Origin: Macrostomum lignano
Taxonomy: Eukaryota
Assembly: GCA_002269645.1 (NCBI GenBank)
Contig: NIVC01001037.1
Location: forward strand, 186,001 to 250,000
Direction of reading: 5' to 3'
Length of the DNA: 64,000 nucleotides
Shown piece by piece: positions 18,591 through 30,287 of this stretch; the first letter of the stretch is position 1; the number at the start of each line of letters is the position of its first letter. The notes under the pieces were generated by a model, which worked only from the letters and a program-made list of their open reading frames with translations, ran no database searches and was not told the origin of the DNA. The translations under genes and the position numbers were made by a program.

Positions 18591-19052
18591 TTCTTTCTTT
18601 CGCGTCAGAGCTCTTACGCTAATTTGCATTTCGAGTTGGAAGAATTAAACGAGTTGAATTAAATGACGAATGCACCCTTGTCTCGAGCTGCTTTCTAGTT
18701 TTAAACAAACCTGCGATCTGTCCTAACCGAACTACTACTGTTTCATGGTCTAAAACTACTAACAGTAATACATGTAACATTTGTAAAACAGTGTTGCTCT
18801 ATAAATCCCTTACTACGATTAAAAAATATACCCTTACTACGACATTAGTTTTTATACGACAATTGGTGATTGAATGGTGTTGTGAAGCGACAATAAAAAA
18901 GACAAAAAATAGCTTTTTCAAGCCAATTGCCTTTTGGACTAATAATTTGCGAGTAAATTTTACCGCAAAGTTGAATAGTTTATTGACCGCTTTGACTTAA
19001 AATATTTTCAGTGTGTTTGACGTCAAAGCAGCTGCACTGCCAATCTATGCAG

Positions 19053-19493
19053 TCAGCCTCCGAGCCCGAAGCAGGAGAGAGGATGGTAAATCGAAGAACA
19101 AAACCGCTTCTTCATCTGGAGCTGTTTGAACACCTGGACATCGTCCATCGGCTTCTCGCTGGCTGGAGGATTCTGTTGGGCAAAAATGTCGGATTTATGG
19201 GAAAGTCTGTTTTTGCAGTAGAAAGCATGGTAGGATAGCCATTCCATTTCGGAGTTTTACAGTCAAGAAAATTCGAAATTGAAATAAGAAATTTTCGGAC
19301 GATCTGGTTCAAAGCGGTTCGGATGGACATATACAGATGTTGAAAGAGCAGTGTCAAAAAAGAACAGTTTTAGTATTCTTACATGTCGCTCAACAGTTTC
19401 AGAACCCGGATCCTTGGAGTCAGAGATTCGAACTCCTTCGCCGGTCATCAGAGCCGACATACAGAAGACAACAATGCAATTTTGGATATTCAT
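19053..19493 (-). CDS. Putative secreted peptide (neuropeptide) precursor, 76 aa, copy A
   Basis: Exon 1 19493-19383 (CAT|GTAAGA) and exon 2 19172-19053 (CCAACAG|AAT) join in phase 0 to give MNIQNCIVVFCMSALMTGEGVRISDSKDPGSETVERH-NPPASEKPMDDVQVFKQLQMKKRFCSSIYHPLSCFGLGG*. It has a hydrophobic N-terminus, an acidic propeptide, a KKR site and a 2-Cys C-terminal peptide. The frame is conserved in the paralog at 23049. Confidence 0.7.
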
Positions 19494-20584
19494 AACTGTG
19501 TCAGCTGAGCAGATGAGCGTGTTGAATTTAATAGCCTGGGCTATGGACGCAGTAGACAGTTATATGCGCTCAGATGCTTGCACGATTCTTGAGCTGACAG
19601 ACCCAGTTCGGCCAATTTTATTCGGATGAAGCTGCATGGGTTGTGCTGAACGGCTAGCCAATCGCCGTTAGCAGGACCGAGGATTGAACGCTCTGGCCTT
19701 TGTTTTTTGGGGCGGCGATCTGCGAGCTGTTGGCTGAGCTTATGCCAGAAAAAAATGTCGGGAGAGGAATTCCCCCCTTTTGTAGTTCTACTGTTCAGTT
19801 GATATTTACCTGCTATACACCATAGGGTCTTCCTAAGAGTTCTCTCTACTCAAATTTACTGCACATGCGACGAGCTTCTTCCTTTTGCTTTCTTTGCGGC
19901 TCAATTGACAGAATTACCAGATTATCAGAATGTCACTCCGCTGACTCCTGGGCACATACAACGCGTCAGACATGTGCACACTGTGCTCGATCCTTCTGAG
20001 CATTCTAATTGTCAGGAGATCTTGACCGATTCGTTTAACTGAGCATCGAGTCTTCTGATCGGCCGAACTCGTTGCCACACAAACCTATTTATCGAAAAGA
20101 GATTTTATTGTTCTCTGTGATTTTAGACCCCAAAACAGTTGACGACAGATAGAACCGTACAGTCGAATTGTAGAGAACCCAAAAGATAAATAAAGTAATC
20201 AAGTATAAAATCCAGAAAAAATGCCTACTAGCAGCGATTTGTAAACGTGCAGAGGCGGAAGTGAAAAAGGCAGTCTTACTCGCATGTTTCAATTGACAGC
20301 ATTCCAGACCTTCAGCATATGTACGAATGTTTTACTCCAAGATTTTTATGCTTTCATTAGAACTTTAAGACAGCAACAAAACTCAGCAAAGCACGCAGTT
20401 GCAAAACTCTTAAATTTTAAAGCCTCACAGGGTGCGCCCCAAGGTTTGCAGCGGCTCGTTTTGCATCGGAAATCATATTCAGTGGGTCATGCATGCACTC
20501 GTAGTGTAATGGATCAGGATATACTTTGCTTATAAGCATTTAGATTCGGTCGCACTGCGTTTCAGGTTTTGCAGTGTAAAGCCG

Positions 20585-20958
20585 TCTTCAACCAGCAGCC
20601 AGTGTTCAACCAGCAGCCAGTGTTCAACCAGCAGCCAGTGTTCAACCAGCAGCCAGTGTTCAACCAGCAGCCAGTGTTCAACCAGCAGCCAGTGTTCAAC
20701 CAGCAGCCAGTGTTCAACCAGCAGCCAGTGTTCAACCAGCAGCCAGTGTTCAACCAGCAGCCAGTGTTCAACCAGCAGCCAGTGTTCAACCAGCAGCCAG
20801 TGTTCAACCAGCAGCCAGTGTTCAACCAGCAGCCAGTGTTCAACCAGCAGCCAGTGTTCAACCAGCAGCCAGTGTTCAACCAGCAGCCAGTGTTCAACCA
20901 GCAGCCAGTGTTCAACCAGCAGCCAGTGTTCAACCAGCAGCCAGTGTTCAACCAGCAG
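20585..20958. repeat. Perfect 18-bp minisatellite (GTTCAACCAGCAGCCAGT, about 21 copies)
   Basis: Identical tandem units are directly visible. Confidence 0.97.
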
Positions 20959-20995
20959 TGTGCACAAGAATTTTAATTGGAGCGGGCGCCAATGC

Positions 20996-21848
20996 TTGGT
21001 GTCTCTTGGTGAGCGCCCCTGTCTCTTGGTGAGCGCCCCTGTCTCTTGGTGCGCGCATCTGTCTCTTGGTGAGCGCCCCTGTCTCTTGGTGCGCGCATCT
21101 GTCTCTTGGTGAGCGCCCCTGTCTCTTGGTGCGCGCATCTGTCTCTTGGTGAGCGCCCCTGTCTCTTGGTGAGCGCCCCTGTCTCTTGGTGCGCGCATCT
21201 GTCTCGTGGTGAGCGCCCCTGTCTCTTGGTGAGCGCCCCTGTCTCTTGGTGCGCGCATCTGTCTCTTGGTGAGCGCCCCTGTCTCTTGGTGAGCGCCCCT
21301 GTCTCTTGGTGCGCGCATCTGTCTCGTGGTGAGCGCCCCTGTCTCTTGGTGCGCGCATCTGTCTCTTGGTGAGCGCCCCTGTCTCTTGGTGCGCGCATCT
21401 GTCTCTTGGTGAGCGCCCCTGTCTCTTGGTGAGCGCCCCTGTCTCTTGGTGCGCGCATCTGTCTCTTGGTGAGCGCCCCTGTCTCTTGGTGAGCGCCCCT
21501 GTCTCTTGGTGCGCGCATCTGTCTCTTGGTGAGCGCCCCTGTCTCTTGGTGAGCGCCCCTGTCTCTTGGTGCGCGCATCTGTCTCTTGGTGAGCGCCCCT
21601 GTCTCTTGGTGAGCGCCCCTGTCTCTTGGTGAGCGCCCCTGTCTCTTGGTGCGCGCATCTGTCTCTTGGTGAGCGCCCCTGTCTCTTGGTGAGCGCCCCT
21701 GTCTCTTGGTGCGCGCATCTGTCTCTTGGTGAGCGCCCCTGTCTCTTGGTGCGCGCATCTGTCTCTTGGTGAGCGCCCCTGTCTCTTGGTGAGCGCCCCT
21801 GTCTCTTGGTGCGCGCATCTGTCTCGTGGTGAGCGCCCCTGTCTCGTG
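20996..21848. repeat. 20-bp minisatellite with two variants (GTCTCTTGGTGAGCGCCCCT / GTCTCTTGGTGCGCGCATCT), mostly an AAB 60-bp higher-order pattern
   Basis: Direct inspection; about 43 units. Confidence 0.97.
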
Positions 21849-23048
21849 TCTTTAGTTTTAACCCTTTAGTCTCTTGTTAGCGCCCCTAACCCTGTCTCAG
21901 ACAAGGACCAATATAGAAACACTTCGCGATAGTTCTAGTCTAGCAGTCCTTACTCCTAGACTGGCAGATGCCATGCACAAGAGGTGGGCAGAGGTTGAGC
22001 TCCTGTCATCCGTCGAAGTTGGTTGCCTCCTTCATTTGATTTTTGGAGGAGCGCTATGTTTATAGTGGTGACTGGTTTGGAGCCGAATCCAAGGTAGCTC
22101 GTACTTTTGCGATTAGTGCTACTAATAGTAGGTGTTGCAGATTAACCAAAGAAGTAGAATATTCCATATATAGTTTCGACGCTCGTAAAAACATTCAAAT
22201 GAAAGAGAGCTAGTTAAGTCAGCTTTATTGCCTTTAATGCTTCGGTGGATGCAAATTATCTCGTATTTTCTTTTGAAATCTGAAATTCAATCAAATTTCT
22301 TTGATATGCTATCGCTCTGCATGGAATACATTGCTCCAGCTGGAGTAATTATTAATTATCAGTTAAATTCGATTGCGAGGACACAGTACCTTCAGCTTAA
22401 TTCCTTAAGTGTGCACCTATTGGGACTGTAGCTTGATTAAATTTCGAATGAGAATGAAAGCATCTTGCCTGGGACCATGAGCGCACATCGGCGAATATGC
22501 ATCAACTGGGACCGTGTGCACTTGTTAATTAAATTCGATCGCATGTATTCGAATGAGAGCATATTATAACGATCTGAGATTAACACATCTTTGCTGATTG
22601 AACGCCATGCATAATTGAGTAGCTTTCTGGTCTGGGCTATACTAGTTCAGCCAATGAGGTCTGGGTAAATTAGCTAATACTTCTTGGCTACTGGTTATTT
22701 GGTAGAGTTGCATGCCACCTGAGTTGTGTCCTTAATTCTAATTTATAAAAAATAAAATAATGAGCACGAACTCTAATTTATTTGAAAATTTCTTGGCAAT
22801 GAAGAAGACAGTATCCAAGACAGTTCTACGATTAAGTGAGTTCGATCGTTCGTTCGTTCGTTCGTTCGATAGGTTCAGAGCTTTAAGTCCTTAATAAAGA
22901 CAACAAAAAAACTGCTTTTTCAGGCCAATTGCCTTTTGAATATTAATTTTGCGAGTAGATTGAAACGCGAAATTGACTCGTATATTGAGCGATTTAACTT
23001 AATATATTGTCAGTGTTCAAAGTCAGCTGCACTGGCAATCTTCTGCAG

Positions 23049-23480
23049 TCAGCCTCCGAGCCCGAAGCAGGAGAGCGGATGGTAATCCGAACAAAACTTT
23101 TTCTTCACCTGGAACTCCTTGAACACCGGGCCATCATCGGACGCCGGCTTCTCGCTGGTTGGAGGATTCTATATGGTGTGCAACGGGAATGTGGAATATG
23201 TTCGTTAGCCATTTCATTCCGAGTTGTTCAGTCAAAAAAGATTCGAAATTTGAATATGAAATCTTGATCTGGTGGTTTGGTTTGGAAGTGGTTTGGATAC
23301 ATGTAGATGTGAAAGAGCAATGTGATAAAAACATTTTAATAGGCTTATTTTTACATGTACGCTCGTACCTTAACAGTTTCAGAACCCGGATCACTGGAGT
23401 CAGAGATTCGAAATCCTTCGCAGGTAATCAGAGCCGACATACAGAAGAGAACAATGCAAATTCGGATATTCAGAATTGTG
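23049..23480 (-). CDS. Putative secreted peptide precursor, copy B (start codon appears mutated ATG to CTG; possibly pseudogenising)
   Basis: Exon 1 reads (L)NIRICIVLFCMSALITCEGFRISDSSDPGSETVK|GTACGA. Exon 2 at 23168-23049 reads NPPTSEKPASDDGPVFKEFQVKKKFCSDYHPLSCFGLGG*. The indels relative to copy A are multiples of 3 nt. Confidence 0.55.
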
Positions 23481-25631
23481 TCACCTGAACAGATGAGCCT
23501 TGTCGAATTTAATGGCAGCGGTATATGGACGCAGAAAACAATATGCGCTCAGACTCTTGCGCTGAGTAATCCAGTTCGGTCAGTTTTCTTCAGATGAAGC
23601 TGGATTGTGCTGATTAGCTAGCCAATCGCCGTTAGCGGACCCGAGGATTGAACGCCTCTGCGGCCTTTGTTTTTTGGGGTGGGTGATCCGCGAGCCGTGG
23701 CTGAGCTGCAGTGTCTTGGGCGGGGGTGGACGGGGGGCGTTTGGGCCTTTTGGGCCCAATTCGTAGTCTTGACTCGGATAGTCAGATCACAAACTGACAG
23801 ATGCCAGACTCTGGGAGAGCAGGCGTGCTGTTGGCATTCTGGAAGATGGTATGTTAACTAGGTGTCGGTTTTTGAACTTGAACCGTTCGATCAGAAATTT
23901 TCACGTGAACGGTACATGTGCTGTGGCTAATAAATTGCTCAAGGCAAAAGCAATAAATATTCGAAAAACATGCTTTCTGTAAGTGAATCAGACTTTTTAC
24001 TTAAAATGCATTTCAAGTATGCTATATAAAAAACTGACTGGCTGAATTCTGATTCTGATAAAGATTGCATCACACCCAGGCTTTTAATTTACCGTCACTT
24101 TACGTATAACAAGTATTACGTGTATATAAAAATGTATAAAAAAGTATCAATTTAACCACAACGTTCAACATAAACATTAGAACGGTCCTGCCATCGACAT
24201 CAACTCTATACCAACAAAAACAAAATAACGTAAAAATACTGCACCAGCATAGTTCAAAGCCAAAGTGGTCTACACTGTTAAAATGCGCGCGTAGACGCAG
24301 ATATGCGCAGAATTATCATCTCGCAATGGGCAAAGAAGTCAGCTAGAAGCAGGTTGAACTAGCGCGCGCTGCCAGCTGGCCGCCCGGTGCAGCACTGCAG
24401 CAGGACTAGGAACAGCAACATCCGCAGTGCAGGCTCTCAGGTGCAGCTATAGCGCTGTTCCGCTCTCGGCCGGATGACGTAATTGCATGGCCATGCATCA
24501 TAGTCAATTTTCTGGAAAAAAATAATTTCTCTTACAATACGGGCTGTTAGGCCTAATTCAATGAAATGCATGTACGAATGTCAGTATGACCAATTATAAT
24601 GCATTTTTGGACGCATCGCTTGCTCTGCTCTCATCGATCGAAGCTGGTACTGTATTATTTTGGAATCGATACAATGCAAACAGCGTCTATAGGCATCCGG
24701 CAAGGATACATTGGTCCTTTGTCTTTGGTATCTGATAGATATGCCATTCTTATATTAAGAACTGAAATTGTTGTAAGATATGATGAATTGTTGGATACAT
24801 GTCAATTATACAGGAACACGGTACTATGTTAAATTAAGTGAAAACTTAAACAAATGATGCCTCACATTGGCATTGGGAAGTACCATAGACTGCGCTATAT
24901 ACGATTTGTTAATCTAATTGATTAAGAGCTTGATGTTTTCTGCTTTATTAAAGATATATTGTAGTATTTTTTCAGTATTATTCAACTTTTAAGTTGTCGC
25001 AAAAGCAGCAAATTTCGCTTTCAGTACTCGTATTCTTAGATAATATCATGGCAATGGCCATCACTTTCTCCATCCTTGCAAGTATCTTAAGTAGGGCGTA
25101 CTGACTTAGAAATACAGGTTGAAAAATTTTAAGAGTCAGTGCGAAATTATTTATGTAGGAATATAATTGGATAGAATCGTTACAGGTGTTTTTATAATAT
25201 AAGCTGTAAGCTCTTAGTCTCAGTCTCGGATTAGGAATTCCAACTTTATTTTGGACTATAAATAAATATTGCATTTTCAGATCAAACTTATTACAAATGA
25301 ATTATATTTTTGAAAAAAATTAAAAAGCATAATTCATGCACTGCATATATAGATGACACATTTTGGATAACCAATTATCACACATTGTGACTGAGCTAGT
25401 TTTTTTATCAGCTATAGGCCTATACTAGGCCTGTGTATCACTGTGCACCAATTTGTGCAGACTTTTTATTTATGCATGCTAGAATTTTCTGCCATAATGT
25501 ATCTGTCCAAATGTGGCTAGCCTAAATGATATATGTATGCTTATTTAATATTTATTATTTTGCTTTTACATTGTCATTTATTGGTCATTAATAACATTCA
25601 TTTCTAAGCAATCTTAGAAAATATCCCGGGT

Positions 25632-26250
25632 GCCAGTTGTTTCATCTGCTGACAGTTTGTCTGCTAAGCAGACAAAAAGTTTTCTTTTTCTAAAACTGTT
25701 TGTCTACTGGGAAATTGGGGGGTAGGGCCGTGGGATGTGGAATAGGGCTGGGGAGCTGCCCAACCCGCAACTTCTTCATTCATTAACATTGTTAAACTGC
25801 AGTAGGGACGGTTGGTCTCTTCAAATCAAAATGAATATCTTCAAAATATGTCATCTGTGCATTATAGTGCCTACTAGAAATTTTGTCAATTTGAATAATT
25901 TTGAATAACTACTATTTGCCAATAATATTCTATCTTTATCAAATTCTATGTAACTAATTTAGCAGTTTCCTTCTATTGTTTTAAGTTAAGCTTTCTTATT
26001 TTAGGTGATTGTAAAATAGTTTGTTAAAATGATGAAAGACCGGGCTATATACAGTGCTTTATAGGCTAACAATGTTAATGGATAGAGGCAGCTCCCCTAG
26101 TCCCTCAGCTCCCCAGCTCCTTACCCCTACTCCTCATCCCGACCCCATTTCCTAGTAGACAAACAGTTTTAGAAGGAATTTTTAGTATATAGAAGGGTGT
26201 TTCGTCTACTCAGCAGACAAACTGTCGGCAGACAAATGAACTGGAAACCA
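25632..26250. mobile_element. Foldback/MITE-like element with ~100-bp imperfect terminal inverted repeats
   Basis: CCAGTT..GACAGTTTGTCTGCT..CTAAAACTGTTTGTCTACT at about 25632-25720 is the reverse complement of about 26145-26250. Confidence 0.55.
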
Positions 26251-26715
26251 ATATCCCTGCCCTAAAAAGCCTAAACTTTTATACAATAAAGCCTTGATGA
26301 ATTTCAAAAAATTATATCTGATAAAATCAATAACTTAAAATGCTTTTTGAAATACAAAATTAAGATGTCAAAGATACTAGTATTATCAATTTAATAGGAT
26401 AATATTCCCAAGATGCTATTTTTGGGGGAAATTCTTATATGCAACAAGGTCTTAGACTCCTAGGTAGTATAGTATTGACTACATGACATGCATCAAGGAG
26501 TTGATAATATTTTTTGGCACTCTTTTTGCTATAGTGCACTGTGCAGTATTATAATTTCTTTGGTATGCTACTATTATTAAAGTTGGACTTCTTCAAGTTT
26601 ATGTTGATAAAATAGTTTCAATTTGGATAGGATCATAATTTTGTCTCTATAGAGGTTTTTGATGGTGCTGATTTCAAATTTGAGCTCGATTTTTAGGTAG
26701 CTTTAACCCAATTAG

Positions 26716-28805
26716 TATCAAGTGAGAATAATATATATGTATTAATTGATATGCTCCGAAAAGATGTATGAACAAACAAGCGTATCTGCATGTGTTTAAT
26801 TTGTTTATAAGTGTTTTAACCAATCTATTTTAATTTCCCAATGAGTCAGATACATGCGCCCAAGACATCCTGTCATTGACCAAATATTGTGTACCATGTA
26901 GGCTACATTAGAACCTTTTATCTAGTTAGCAAATAGCAACTTAAGATTATAGAATTGACTTTCTTCTTAATTATTATTTACGCCTTTTTCAATTTCACTA
27001 TATGTATATGCCAGCTCTGGCTTGGCTTAATTTTCTTTGCCTTTAAATTTTTCACAAAGTTAGAGCACAAGTTTAAACAAAGTATAATACAGTTTAACTA
27101 GAAAGTTTAACAATATGTACAGTAAGATATTAAAGATGTTAATTATTAAACTAATTATTACTAAACTTAATTATCATAAAAATAGTATTGATAGTTGTAA
27201 GTCTGCTTTGTTACCAAAGTAACTATTACCAAAGTGGCTATTACCAAAAAAGCTGTTACCAAAGTGGATTGTATTTAGAGTATTTAGAATTTTTTGGGTT
27301 TTAACCATATGATAATGTGATATTTTTAATTATTGAAGTAAGTATTTTATAACATAATTAAAATATTCATTGTTTTTAATCATAAAAGGTAAAAATAAAA
27401 AAATTAGGTCACTATATATAAAATTGTTTTTAAAATTGGTATCTTTATATTATTTAATTATTTAAAAGTTTCAAATACTTTCTAAAATCATAGACCTATG
27501 CGTATTATAATTGCCTTCTAGTCTACTGGTCTATTAGGGTGCAATGAAAGTGCAAGTGCAAAGATTGAGCGGGTTGTAACGTGGCAGTTTTTAAAAAAAC
27601 ACACACAGTGAAGTGGCATTGTCTATGCATTATAACTAAATTGAAAAATTATAATCCACAAACATAAAAAACATTTGCATATTAATTTGTAGATATTAAT
27701 ATTCATCTTTAATTGGCCTAATGAAGTTCTAGCACATGTGCCATAAAATTAAAAGTCAAGTGGATACACTTTCAAAAATGTATTTGTAGAAACTTTTTCT
27801 CACCGAACCTCATTAAGAGAATAGGGAATCAAGTAAATCGTCATTGCATCAACCGTACAGGTAACTTTCTACACTTTTTTTTGCATTTTTGTAATTTTGG
27901 GTGCCCCATAAGTCTCTACCGCAAGTTTCAGAAAAATCGAAAAATCGGAAGTATTTTATCAACATAAACTTGAAGAAGCCCCTAAAGTTATACACAATGT
28001 TGCATGAGAATTTTTGGTAACAGTCCACTTTGCTAATAGCCATTTTGGTAACAGCCACTTCAGTATCAAGTGAGAATAATATATATGTATTAATTGATAT
28101 GCTCCAAAAGGATGTATGAACAAACAAGCGTATCTGCATGTGTTTAATTTGTTTATAAGTGTTTTAACCAATCTATTTTAATTTCCCAATGAGTCAGATA
28201 CATGCGCCCAAGACATCCTGTCATTGACCAAATATTGTGTACCATGTAGGCTACATTAGAACCTTTCATCTAGTTAGCAAATAGCAACTTAGATTACAGA
28301 ATTGACTTTCTTCTTAATTATTATTTACGCCTTTTTCAATTTCACTATATGTATATGCCAGCTCTAGCTTGGCTTAATTTTCTTTGCCTTTAAATTTTTC
28401 ACAAAGTTAGAGTGCAAGTTTAAACAAAGTATAATACAGTTTAACTAGAAAGTTTAACAATATGTACAGTAAGATATTAAAGATGTTAATTATTAAACTA
28501 ATTATTGCTAAACTTAATTATCATAAAAAGAGTGTTGATAGTTGTAAGTCTGATTTGTTATTAAAGTGGATTGTATTTAGATTTTTTTGGAATTTTTGGG
28601 TTTTTAACCATATGATAATGTGATATTTTTAATTATTGAAGTAAGTATTTTATAACATAATTAAAATATTCATTGTTTTTAATCATAAAAGGTAAAAATA
28701 AAAAAATTAGGTCACTATATATAAAATTGTTTTTAAAATTGGTATCTTTTATATTATTTTATTATTTAAAAGTTTCAAATACTTTCTAAAATCATAGACC
28801 TATGC
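26716..28805. repeat. ~790-bp AT-rich direct repeat pair (26716-27500 and 28063-28805)
   Basis: Both copies start GTATCAAGTGAGAATAATATATATG and end CTAAAATCATAGACCTATGC, and they are nearly identical. Confidence 0.85.
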
Positions 28806-30287
28806 ATATTAGGTCACTTATATATTTGTTTTGTAAATCTACTTTATATTATTTTAGTTTAATAGCAAATACTTTTCTAAAATCATAGACCTATGCATTT
28901 ATAATTGGTTCTAGTCTACTTCCATTAGTAATAGCCTATTTAGTTGATGTTGGGCATTTAACCCTTTTGGTGCATGTAGGGCATTTATGTTTTGGGCAAA
29001 AATATTTTTGTGTGTATAGTGTAACTTAAACTGGGTATAAGAGCATTTTATAAAAAACATGTATAAATATATATATTAAATAATTAATTAGGCAATATCT
29101 TTAAAATAAACAGCAATAAGCATTAGATTTTAGATATATAATATATTTGTTGCTATTGCTATTTATTGCTATTTAGAAAACATTGTCAAGAATGAAAATC
29201 AAATTTTTCTTTCTACCTGCAATAGAAGCCTGCAGCTATTATTGAGCTTTCATTTATTGACATCTTTACTATTTTCTTTCTATTATTTATAGAAAAATTT
29301 AAAATTAATATTTAAGTTTATTTTTATGCAAAATTTATAATATTAAAGAAATGACTATAAGTGAAAAAAACCATACAGAATGCAAAATTTTTTTTATTTA
29401 TTATTGATTGCTATCAATAGGCTAACAGCAATATTATTTTATCACTTAAAAGAAAAATCAAGTAAATATTATAAATACTTTACTTAGTCTTTCAAAAAAT
29501 TGCTTTTGTCTTGGCTCTATCAGCGATAGAGCCAAGATTATATTTATATTTAATCTCAGTATGTTTGCAATTAACTAAACATGTGGTATTCCTTATTTTA
29601 GCGAAAAATATTTTAACTATTGAGATCTCAGTTAAGAGTCAATAAAACCTGTTATTCCTTATTTTAAGATAATAAAAACCTAAAACATAGCTAAGCATAT
29701 AAGATAATGAGAAAACATTGAAAAACATAAAAAGAGTAAAAACTTACATAAGTGATTAAAAAGAAAAAGGAAAATATTTATACAATATACAAAGCAAATT
29801 GATGTTGGAAAAATGCTCTATAGATATAGCTATCATATTTTTGTATATAATTTGGCTAGGAAACATTCTGGAAGGTTGCACATGTTTCTGTTTTAAACAG
29901 TATAATTCAAGTTAGTATCTCTTAATAAAAAATGATCAGTCTATTGTTTAGAAAAGAACATTTTTTAAAACTTTAAAACCAAACTATGCAATACCTGTCA
30001 ATTGAGCCCATTTTTGTTACTAATCAACATTTGTTTTTCCATTTCTTTCTATCTGTTTTTCATGTGCCATTTGACAAAGTTGAAGGCCAGTTATTTCCCA
30101 ACAGGTATTAGTTTGCATTTACTGCTTAAGCCACCTTGTTTAATCACTTTCTAATTTGCTGCACCTGCAATCAGCAAGCCAACCCTAAAAAGTTTTCATT
30201 TGTTAAATTGGCTTCAATAAAACTTTGCCATCAGAGCCTATTTCTGTTCACTGTCTGGCTTGCCCAGCTTGGAGCAGACAGCACGCA

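Larger units (their letters stand above)
13176..19739. repeat. Copy A of a tandem segmental duplication
   Basis: Collinear blocks are shared with 19746-23707: 13176-13760, 14100-14360, 15520-15860, 16845-16940 and 18880-19739. Confidence 0.85.
19746..23707. repeat. Copy B of the tandem segmental duplication
   Basis: Starts CAGAAAAAAATGTC like 13176 and ends GGCTGAGCT like 19739. It lacks the TE insertions of copy A but carries two minisatellite arrays. Confidence 0.85.

Noticed and set aside
20569-21818. FNQQPV and RAPRDRGAHQETG repeat ORFs
   Set aside because: Stop-free frames of 18-bp and 20-bp arrays, with no unique coding flanks or splice context.
24978-25274. 98-aa minus-strand ORF with faint resemblance to a hAT transposase C-terminus
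   Set aside because: Short, AT-rich and lacking diagnostic motifs. The resemblance is too weak to support.
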